From Myxococcales bacterium (GTDB lineage Bacteria > Myxococcota_A > UBA9042 > JABWCM01 > BTVJ01): a stretch of DNA of 44,565 bases. The stretch spans positions 1-44,565 of the forward strand of contig BTVJ01000059.1 in NCBI GenBank assembly GCA_045863395.1, read 5' to 3'. The position numbers were made by a program, and so were the translations under genes. This document shows, in pieces, positions 37,553 to 44,565 of the stretch. The notes under the pieces were generated by a model. The model was given only the letters and a program-made list of their open reading frames with translations. It was not told the origin of the DNA and did no database searches. Positions within the stretch are counted from its first letter, which is position 1. Every line of letters starts with the position of its first letter.

Positions 37553-38868
37553 CAGAGCAGCGCGATCTTCTCACGCCCGTTGGTGACGCCCTTGGTTGCG
37601 TTCCGCGTGTCCACGACCATCGGCGCCTCGTCCACGATGCGCTGGTAGTCGAACCCGGAGTGGTTCGTCGCGATCACCACTGCGTCCCACGCGCCGAAGC
37701 CGTCGTCCACCGGGACCGAGCGCATGGTGCCGTGCGGCAGCTCCACCTGCTCCACGAACGGGTCGTGGTAGCTGACACGCGCGCCCTTGGCCAGCAGCAG
37801 CTCGATGAGCTCCAGGGCGGGGGACTCGCGGTAGTCGTCGATGTCCTTCTTGTAGGCGACCCCCAGCACGAGGACTCGCGAGCCCTTGACGCACCGCTCC
37901 CGATCATTGAGCGCGTTCTGGACCAGCGACACGGCAAACTCGGGCATGGACGTGTTCACGGCGTGGGCCAGCTCGATGAAGCGGGCCTGATAGTTCAGGG
38001 CCTTGAGCTTCCAGGACAGGTACAGCGGGTCGATGGGGATGCAGTGGCCTCCCAGGCCGGGGCCCGGGTAGAAGGGCATGAAGCCGAACGGCTTGGTGGC
38101 GGCGGCGTCGATGACCTCCCAGGTGTTGACGCCGAGGCGGTGGCACATGATGGCCACCTCGTTGACGAGGCCGATGTTCACGGCTCGGAACGTGTTCTCG
38201 AGGAGCTTCACCATCTCGGCCGCGTCCGTCGAGGACACCGGGTGCACGTTGTCGATGTACTGCCCGTAGAGCAGCGCCGCGAGCTCCGTGCACTTCGGCG
38301 AGTAGCCGCCCACGATCTTGGTGGTGTTCTTCACCTTGTAGGTGGGGTTGCCCGGGTCGATGCGCTCCGGCGAGAAGGCCACGTGGAAGTCGTCGCCCGC
38401 GCGGAGCCCCGACTCGGTCTCTTCCAGGAGGGGGACCGCGACCTCTCGCGTGAACCCCGGGTAGGTGGTGCTCTCGAGCACGATGAGCTGGCCCCGGTGA
38501 AGGTAGCGCCGGATCTCCGTGCAGGAGTCGACGATGAACGAGACGTCCGGGTCCTTGGACTTGTTGAGGGGGGTCGGGACGCAGATGATGACGGCGTCTG
38601 CCTCGCTGACCACCTGGTAGTTGGTCGTCGCGCTCAGCGTCTTCGCCGCCACGAGCGACGCGATGTCGGCGGCGGGTACGTCGATGACGTGCGAGTCGCC
38701 TCGGTTGATCGTGTCCACCTTCTCCAGGGACACGTCGACGCCCGTCACCTTGAACCCGACGCGCGCGACCTCCACCGCGAGGGGCAGGCCCACGTAGCCG
38801 AGGCCAATCACCACGATATGTGCCTTCCGGGACTCGATTCGTGACTTGAGCATGGCGTATCGGTCCAC
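37552..38868 (-). CDS. UDP-N-acetylhexosamine 6-dehydrogenase (WbpA/WecC family)
   Basis: GLGYVGLP, CVPTPL, LESTTYPG, FSPERIDPGN, PGPGLGGHCIPIDP, AYKKDIDD.RESP. Confidence 0.95.
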   Translation of the reverse strand: MDRYAMLKSRIESRKAHIVVIGLGYVGLPLAVEVARVGFKVTGVDVSLEKVDTINRGDSHVIDVPAADIASLVAAKTLSATTNYQVVSEADAVIICVPTPLNKSKDPDVSFIVDSCTEIRRYLHRGQLIVLESTTYPGFTREVAVPLLEETESGLRAGDDFHVAFSPERIDPGNPTYKVKNTTKIVGGYSPKCTELAALLYGQYIDNVHPVSSTDAAEMVKLLENTFRAVNIGLVNEVAIMCHRLGVNTWEVIDAAATKPFGFMPFYPGPGLGGHCIPIDPLYLSWKLKALNYQARFIELAHAVNTSMPEFAVSLVQNALNDRERCVKGSRVLVLGVAYKKDIDDYRESPALELIELLLAKGARVSYHDPFVEQVELPHGTMRSVPVDDGFGAWDAVVIATNHSGFDYQRIVDEAPMVVDTRNATKGVTNGREKIALL

Positions 38869-38902
38869 AGCGAGAGGAGGGGCGCCGGGTCAACGACGGC
38901 GC

Positions 38903-38931
38903 ACGCTATCAATGGGTCGGAGGGGTGTCAA
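38903..38931 (-). promoter_or_regulatory. Sigma70 promoter for the UDP-sugar dehydrogenase, overlapping the end of the exonuclease gene
   Basis: TTGACA-N17-TAGCGT. Confidence 0.55.
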
Positions 38932-40231
38932 GGGCGGGGACTTCCGCAGACTGGGCGCCTCCGGCCCGCTTTCGGAGGCGCTCGATGCGCTTGCGCACCG
39001 CCGCGTGCTCTGCGCTCTGCCATGGCAGCATCAGCGACTGGGCCTGCACGGCACACCGCAGCGCCTCGCCGTAGTCCCTCGTGCGGTGCTCGTGGTGCTT
39101 GGACAGCTCGACCCAGGGCGCCACGTCCCTCGGGAACGTGCGTCGCCACGTCTCGAGCACGGGCCACGCCCGCTCCTGCTCGCCCAGCTTGCGGTGGGCG
39201 TCGACGCTCGTGCGGAGCGCGTCCCGGAGAGGCTCCCCGTCGAGCCCGAGCGCCAGCGCCTGCTCGATGAGCTGCACGCCCTTGCGGGCGAGGCCGCGTC
39301 GCAGGTGCAGCTTCGCGAGGCCGGCGAGGCGATGCGGCTCCCCGCAGGTGTGTGGCTGGTGGATGCTGCGGAGCAGGTCCCCCACCAGCGCCGCCATGGA
39401 CACCACGTCCATGACGTTGTGGGCCAGGACGGGGTCGAGGCTGCGCGCGTCCCCTCGCTGCAGGTAGCTGAAGTAGAGGCTCGGGATGAGCTCGCCGTCC
39501 ACGTCGTCGCGCCGCTCGAACCCCAGGACGTGCTTCTCCAGGGTCTGGAGGCGCGTGTCCGGCAGGCTCCCCTTCCAGATGGCGCGGTGGATGTGGAGCA
39601 GGTCCAGGTGGGGCGTCAGCTTGAGCTCGCAGGCCGTGGGACCATAGAAGCGCTGCAGAACGAGGCGGGTCTGCAGGACGGACAGGTCGTAGCTCTTTCC
39701 GTTGAAGCTCACGAGCGTGTCGAAGCCTTCGAGCAGCTCCTTGAATCGCGCGAGCTGGGCCATCTCGTTCTCGGGGGAGTCGAGCACGAGCTGCCGCACC
39801 AGGAAGCGGCCCTCTGCGTCGAAGTGCCCGAGGCCAATGAGGAACGCGCAGGTCCCCGCGCCGTGCGAGAGACCGGTCGCCTCGATGTCGAGGAACAGGG
39901 CGCGCCGCACGTCGAAGCCCGCGAGGCGATCATCGCCGCAGAGCGTGTCGAGGGCACCCCCGGGCAGCTCCAGAGCCTGCGCCAGCGGCACGGTCCCGTG
40001 GATGAAGCCTGCTGGCAGTGCCTCCAGGTGCTCCCACGAGGTGCCGTGCTTCGTCCGGGTCTTGATCCAGGGGCGGAGGGAGGCGAACGGGAGCGGAGCG
40101 TCCTCCTGCTGCCAGGGGAGGAGCGCCGAGCGCGTCAACGTGCTCGGCGCTGGCTCGACCTGCGCGGGAGCACGCCCAAAGCGGATCCCACCGGAGGGCA
40201 GCAGGGTCGCGAGCTTCTCTCTCAGTCCCAT
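38909..40231 (-). CDS. mrfB: RNase H-like (YprB/MrfB) exonuclease with C-terminal TPR
   Basis: LFLDIEATGL, FNGKSYD, HLDLL, LQTLE..VLG..R.DD, HNVMDV, SKHHEHR. Confidence 0.88.
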   Translation of the reverse strand: MGLREKLATLLPSGGIRFGRAPAQVEPAPSTLTRSALLPWQQEDAPLPFASLRPWIKTRTKHGTSWEHLEALPAGFIHGTVPLAQALELPGGALDTLCGDDRLAGFDVRRALFLDIEATGLSHGAGTCAFLIGLGHFDAEGRFLVRQLVLDSPENEMAQLARFKELLEGFDTLVSFNGKSYDLSVLQTRLVLQRFYGPTACELKLTPHLDLLHIHRAIWKGSLPDTRLQTLEKHVLGFERRDDVDGELIPSLYFSYLQRGDARSLDPVLAHNVMDVVSMAALVGDLLRSIHQPHTCGEPHRLAGLAKLHLRRGLARKGVQLIEQALALGLDGEPLRDALRTSVDAHRKLGEQERAWPVLETWRRTFPRDVAPWVELSKHHEHRTRDYGEALRCAVQAQSLMLPWQSAEHAAVRKRIERLRKRAGGAQSAEVPALDTPPTH

Positions 40232-40243
40232 GGTCAACCTCAC

Positions 40244-42673
40244 TCAGTGCAGGGAGCGCTCCCGGGCTTCGTGGAGCTCCCGGGCGACGCCCCGCGCAGG
40301 CGCGAGCGGTGCGGCCCGGTCGCCGATGACGCGATCCAGGATGGCAAGCGGGATCTCCTTTGAGCGCTCGTTCAGGTGCAGCAGCGGCCCGACGCACGAC
40401 GGGCAGCCGCTCTCGCAGGGGCAGGTGGCGATCAAGGCCCGCGCCCGCGTGACGAGCCCCTCGTGCTGCTCGAAGAGCTTGGGGCTGAAGCCGACGCCAC
40501 CGGGGTAGGAGTCGTAGACGAACAGCGTTGGCTCGAACACGTCGTCGGGCGCGGCGCCGTCCGCAGTCCAGCGGGGCTCCTGGCCAGTCTGTCCCATGAC
40601 GGCAAACCACTTCGCGGACTTGTCGCCGACGCAACGCCCCAGGTCCTGTACGTCGCACATCAGCGCGAGCACGCACACGTAGTGCAGGGCGTGGGCGATG
40701 CCGACGAGCCCGTCCACGAAGTCCGCCCGGTCGTAGGGCAGCTCCTCGATGAGGCCGCTCGGGATGGTGAACCACCACGCGGACGTGTGCATGGTCAGCT
40801 CCGGCAGGTTGACCTCTCCGAAGCCGACGTTCTCGCTCGTGTGGAACTTGATCTTCTTGAAGCCCACCACGCGGCTCGTGACGCTCACGTCTCCCCACTC
40901 CACGAGCAGCGGGCCGACGGTGCGGCTGTCGGACACCTCCAGGACGTCCACCTTCGAGTACGTCATGGCGTCGGTGAAGTAGTCGGGCACCACCTTGCGC
41001 ACGTAGGCCTTGTGGTTCTCCCAGTCCAGCCGCTCCACCTGATACTGCACCGCGTCCACGTGGTAGATGGCGTGCTCGTGGAGCGTGGTCTGGGTGCTCT
41101 TGAAGTCCACCTCGGCGAGGATCTTCCCGGACTCCACCTCGATGACCACGAAGTTCTCGCCGGGGATGTTCCGCAGGTTCACCTGGTTGGCCGGGTAGTG
41201 GCGCTCCATCCAGTGGTAGCGGCCGCCCGCGTGGTTGAGGACCTGGTTCTGGGTCAAGTAGCCGAGGATCTGCGCCGTGTCGGCCGCCTCGAGGGCGCCA
41301 AAGGACTCGCCGTCGTCGAAGGGAAGCTCGAAGGCGGCGCACTTCACGTGATCGACGACGATGAACAGGTTGTCCGGGTGGATGCGCGCGTGCTCCGGCG
41401 TCTGACCGAAGAAGTAGTCCGGGTTCTGGACGATGAACTGGTCCAGCGGATTGGAGCGCGCCACGAACACCGTCGCCGCGCTTCCGGAGCGCCGCCCGGC
41501 GCGCCCCGACTGCTGCCAGAAGCTGGCGACGGAGCCAGGGTAGCCGGCCACGAAGCAGACCTCGAGCTGGCCGATGTCCACGCCCAGCTCCAGCGCGTTG
41601 GTCGCCACGACACCCCGCACCGTCCCAGCGCGCAGCCCCTGCTCGATGCGCCGGCGGTGCCCCGGCAGGTAGCCTCCCCGGTATCCCTGGACCTGCTCCG
41701 GGTCCTCCTTGGCCTTGGCCATGGACTCGCGGAAGTATTTGAGCAGCAGCTCCACGTTCAGCCGCGACAGCGCGAACACAATGGTCGGGACCCCATGTCG
41801 CAGCAGGCTCATGGCGAGCCGCTTGGCGGTCTTGAGGTAGCTCGCCCGGATGCCCAGCTCCTTGTTGATCACCGGCGGGTTGTAGAAGTAGACGACCTTC
41901 TCCGCCGTGGGCGCCCCCGACTCGGCGATCAGCTCCACCGGCTCCTCGACGAGCTGCTCGGCCAGCTCCAGGGGGTTGGCGATGGTCGCGGAGCACAGGA
42001 TGAACTGGGGCGCGGCGCCATAGAAACGGGCGATGCGCTTGAGCCGCCGCAGGATGTTGGCCAGGTGGCTCCCGAAGACCCCCCGGTAGGTGTGCACCTC
42101 GTCGATGACGACGTAGCGCAGGTTCTCGAAGAGCTTCAACCACTTGGTGTGGTGCGGCAGGATGCCCGTGTGCAGCATGTCGGGGTTCGTGATCACCACG
42201 TGCCCGTGGGAGCGGATGGCGGCCCTCGCGTCCGCCGGTGTGTCGCCGTCGTAGGTGAAGGTCGCGATCTCAGCGTCCAGCGCACGGATCATCCGGTGCA
42301 GGTCCATGTACTGGTCTTGGCTGAGCGCCTTCGTCGGGAACAGGTACAGGGAGCGCGCATCCTTCTCATCGAGGACCCGCTGGAGTACCGGGAGGTGGTA
42401 GCACAGGCTCTTCCCCGAGGCCGTGGGGGTGAGCAGGCACACGTTGCGGCCCGCGCGGACGTGCTGCCACGCGGAGATCTGGTGCGAGTACAGGCGCTCG
42501 ATGCCGTCGGCGCGCAGCAGGGCGGCCAGCTCGGGCCTCATGTCGGCGGGGAGGGCGCCATACCGCCCCTCACGGGCAGGCACCTCGACGCGCGCCGTCA
42601 CGTTCTTCATTAACCGGGGGTCAGCCTCCCAGCTCTCCAGGATCTTCGGCAGCGAGACGAAGGACTCCACCAT
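40244..42673 (-). CDS. mrfA: DEAD/DEAH-box helicase with DUF1998 (MrfA/YprA/SftH/Hrq1 family)
   Basis: LYSHQ, TPTASGKS, DEVH, SATIANP, QQSGRAGR, CD...CPCESGCPSC. Confidence 0.93.
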   Translation of the reverse strand: MVESFVSLPKILESWEADPRLMKNVTARVEVPAREGRYGALPADMRPELAALLRADGIERLYSHQISAWQHVRAGRNVCLLTPTASGKSLCYHLPVLQRVLDEKDARSLYLFPTKALSQDQYMDLHRMIRALDAEIATFTYDGDTPADARAAIRSHGHVVITNPDMLHTGILPHHTKWLKLFENLRYVVIDEVHTYRGVFGSHLANILRRLKRIARFYGAAPQFILCSATIANPLELAEQLVEEPVELIAESGAPTAEKVVYFYNPPVINKELGIRASYLKTAKRLAMSLLRHGVPTIVFALSRLNVELLLKYFRESMAKAKEDPEQVQGYRGGYLPGHRRRIEQGLRAGTVRGVVATNALELGVDIGQLEVCFVAGYPGSVASFWQQSGRAGRRSGSAATVFVARSNPLDQFIVQNPDYFFGQTPEHARIHPDNLFIVVDHVKCAAFELPFDDGESFGALEAADTAQILGYLTQNQVLNHAGGRYHWMERHYPANQVNLRNIPGENFVVIEVESGKILAEVDFKSTQTTLHEHAIYHVDAVQYQVERLDWENHKAYVRKVVPDYFTDAMTYSKVDVLEVSDSRTVGPLLVEWGDVSVTSRVVGFKKIKFHTSENVGFGEVNLPELTMHTSAWWFTIPSGLIEELPYDRADFVDGLVGIAHALHYVCVLALMCDVQDLGRCVGDKSAKWFAVMGQTGQEPRWTADGAAPDDVFEPTLFVYDSYPGGVGFSPKLFEQHEGLVTRARALIATCPCESGCPSCVGPLLHLNERSKEIPLAILDRVIGDRAAPLAPARGVARELHEARERSLH

Positions 42674-42683
42674 GAGGCTCCAA

Positions 42684-42700
42684 CCTGAACACTTGCACAG
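42684..42700 (-). promoter_or_regulatory. Putative LexA (SOS) box
   Basis: CTGTGCAAGTGTTCAGG: CTG-N10-CAG, 15/17 match to the Myxococcus consensus CTRHAMRYBYGTTCAGS as I recall it; lies between promoter and ATG. Confidence 0.65.
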
Positions 42701-42709
42701 CAAGTGCGG

Positions 42710-42737
42710 ATTGTAGACCCAGAGCGGGGCATGTCAA
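42710..42737 (-). promoter_or_regulatory. Sigma70 promoter of mrfAB
   Basis: TTGACA-N16-TACAAT. Confidence 0.75.
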
Positions 42738-42785
42738 TAACTTCTCGGGGGCGTGGAGGACGGGTAAAGGCGGGGAGGGTGGCGA

Positions 42786-43043
42786 CTACTTGAAGACCCG
42801 CTCCTTGGACGTCTCCAAGATGGCCGGCAGGAAGCTCTTCTTCAGCTTCAGGAGCCTGTCGAACTTGACCTTCTGCCGGCTGTCCGTGTAGAGCGCCGTC
42901 GGCTTCTTGATCTCGCCGTCGATGATCTGATCGGAGAAGTCGTAGAACTTGGACTTGGAGTCACCCTCCTGCGCAAGCGCGACCCCGGTCAGGCTCAGGG
43001 CGAGGGCGGCGGTCCCCAGGATGGTCACGAGCAGCTTCTTCAT
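42786..43043 (-). CDS. cglF: Adventurous gliding motility protein CglF/GltF-like
   Basis: Signal peptide, then YDFSDQIIDGEIKKP...R...F..LLKLKKSFLP; follows a GltE-like TPR gene. Confidence 0.75.
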   Translation of the reverse strand: MKKLLVTILGTAALALSLTGVALAQEGDSKSKFYDFSDQIIDGEIKKPTALYTDSRQKVKFDRLLKLKKSFLPAILETSKERVFK

Positions 43044-43217
43044 GGTCTTGCTCCGTCGATCTTGTCGATCAGGTCGTCGTCGTCTCAGGCGCGCTTCAGA
43101 GTCCACCAACCTTGGCGCCCCACACAGAGCCGGCGCCTTCCCCCCGGCTCGATGGGCAGGTCTCCGGGGGCGCGCACAACGACAGTACAACGAACCTACC
43201 GCCCGAAAGGATCCATC

Positions 43218-44565
43218 TCAAGGTGCGACAGCGGCGGGCTCCCCAGTTGCCGGGGCCTCCGCGCCGCCCGCCTCGGGGGCGGCCTCAGCCTTGGGAGCCT
43301 CGTCGGCCTTTGGCACTTCGGGTGCGTCGGCCTTGGGCGCCTTCGGGGCGTCACCCCCGTCCATGGGCTCCATGTCTCCTCCGTCACCCCCGTCACCCCC
43401 GTCGTCGTCCTTCTGCACGGGGAAGTTGGAGTTCTCGAGGATCTGGATCTTCTGCGCGAGCACGTGGGTTGGCGGGAGCTTCTCCACCGCGATGTACTGC
43501 TTGTAGTACTCGATGGCCTTCTTCGTGTCGCTGAGCGGGCCTTCGTAGATCTTGCCGAGGCGCTCGAGCAGCATCGTCTGCTTCGGAGCGAGCCCCAACA
43601 CCTTGCTGTAGGTCTCCGCGGCCTGCTGGTACTCCTGCATGCCCCACTGGGAGGTGCCAAAGCCGATGAGGGCCTCGATGTTCTCGGGCTGCTTCTCGAG
43701 GACGATGCCGTACTGCTCCTGGGCCGCCGCGTAGTTGAGGTAGTCCAGGAAGATGGCCGCGAGGTTCATCCGCGCCGGCACGATGTCAGGGTCCAGCTTC
43801 ACTGCGCGCTGGAAGTTGGCCACCGCGGGGGGCTTCTGCCCCATGGCCAGGTAGGTCAGCCCCAGGTTGGTCAGGGCCTCGGTGCTGTTCGGATCGATCT
43901 GCAGCACCTTCTGCTCGAAGATCCACTTGGCGATGCGGTAGTCCTTCTTCAGGTAGTTGATCAGGCCGCGGGTATTGAGCGCCGAGACGTTGCGTGGATC
44001 GACCGAGAGCACCTTCTTGACGAACTCCTCCGCGCGGTCCACGTCGTTCTTGCTCAGCCAGTACAGCGCAAGGCCATTGTTCGCGTTGACGTTGTCGGCG
44101 TCCTTCAGCACCGCCTCGTCGAGGAGCGACTTGCCCTTCTGCTCCCACTGGGCCGCCTCGGAGGCGTTGTCCGCCTGGCGAGCGTCGCGCGCATTGGCCA
44201 GGTAGATCTTGCCGACGAAGGCCTTGGCGTCGATGCTGTTCGGGTTGGCGGACAGCGCTTTCTGATAGATGGCGAGGGCCTCCTCCTTCTTGCCGAGGCG
44301 CTCGCTCACCATGCCCAGGTTGAAGTAGGCCTCCAAGAACTTCGAGTCCTTGTCGATGGCGGCCTGAAACTTCCCCTGCGCCTCTTCGAAGTCGGGCGGC
44401 GTCATGTAGACGGCGATCACGCCCTCCTTGAAGAGGTCCTGGGCCTCACGATCCACGCCGTCCACGTAGGACGGGGTCTCGGGGATGACGACCTCACGGA
44501 CCACCAGCTCCGTGTCGTCCTCCTTCTTCTTCTTCTCTTCCTTCTTCTCGACGACCTCTGGCTGC
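43218..44565 (-). CDS. TPR protein, GltE/AglT-like (5' end outside window)
   Basis: Frame open to the window edge; multiple TPRs (AYFNLG, ALTNLG, ARMNLAAIFLDYLNY); directly upstream of the cglF-like gene. Confidence 0.75.
   Translation of the reverse strand, partial: QPEVVEKKEEKKKKEDDTELVVREVVIPETPSYVDGVDREAQDLFKEGVIAVYMTPPDFEEAQGKFQAAIDKDSKFLEAYFNLGMVSERLGKKEEALAIYQKALSANPNSIDAKAFVGKIYLANARDARQADNASEAAQWEQKGKSLLDEAVLKDADNVNANNGLALYWLSKNDVDRAEEFVKKVLSVDPRNVSALNTRGLINYLKKDYRIAKWIFEQKVLQIDPNSTEALTNLGLTYLAMGQKPPAVANFQRAVKLDPDIVPARMNLAAIFLDYLNYAAAQEQYGIVLEKQPENIEALIGFGTSQWGMQEYQQAAETYSKVLGLAPKQTMLLERLGKIYEGPLSDTKKAIEYYKQYIAVEKLPPTHVLAQKIQILENSNFPVQKDDDGGDGGDGGDMEPMDGGDAPKAPKADAPEVPKADEAPKAEAAPEAGGAEAPATGEPAAVAP

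Noticed and set aside
29886..42613. Very long antisense ORFs (29886-32120, 36244-38844, 40376-42613)
   Set aside because: Shadow ORFs expected from high-GC codon bias opposite well-supported genes
40244..42673. DISARM/Druantia-type defence helicase (DUF1998)
   Set aside because: Single-chain helicase paired with a YprB exonuclease and no methylase or other defence genes; fits MrfAB repair

Overview
High-GC bacterial chromosomal window of about 45 genes and one tRNA-CAT. CglF/GltE/AgmX-type gliding proteins, PEGA and lamin-tail proteins and many lipoproteins suggest a Myxococcota/deltaproteobacterial lineage (inference). Housekeeping content: queD, mutT-like, khpA, lysC, comEA-like, glgC-galT-GH57, rpsU, a UDP-sugar dehydrogenase and an MrfA/MrfB-type helicase-exonuclease pair. 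The best candidate for an undescribed system is at the left edge. There a RegB-type (GGxxNPF) sensor kinase is coupled to a sigma54 activator, followed by three palindromic enhancer-like sites, a sigma54 promoter and a collagen-like (Gly-X-Y)n lipoprotein gene missed by the ORF track. Other notable items: a queD + PTPS-III + DUF2723 glycosyltransferase operon; a 162-bp intergenic inverted repeat with strand-biased G-U pairs; a REP-doublet hairpin beside a frameshifted nucleotidyltransferase module; tandem YdjG-like Zn-ribbon paralogs with a TPR protein; a LexA-like box in front of mrfAB; and several enzymes with degenerate active sites. Family calls come from motif recognition by eye, with no database searches.
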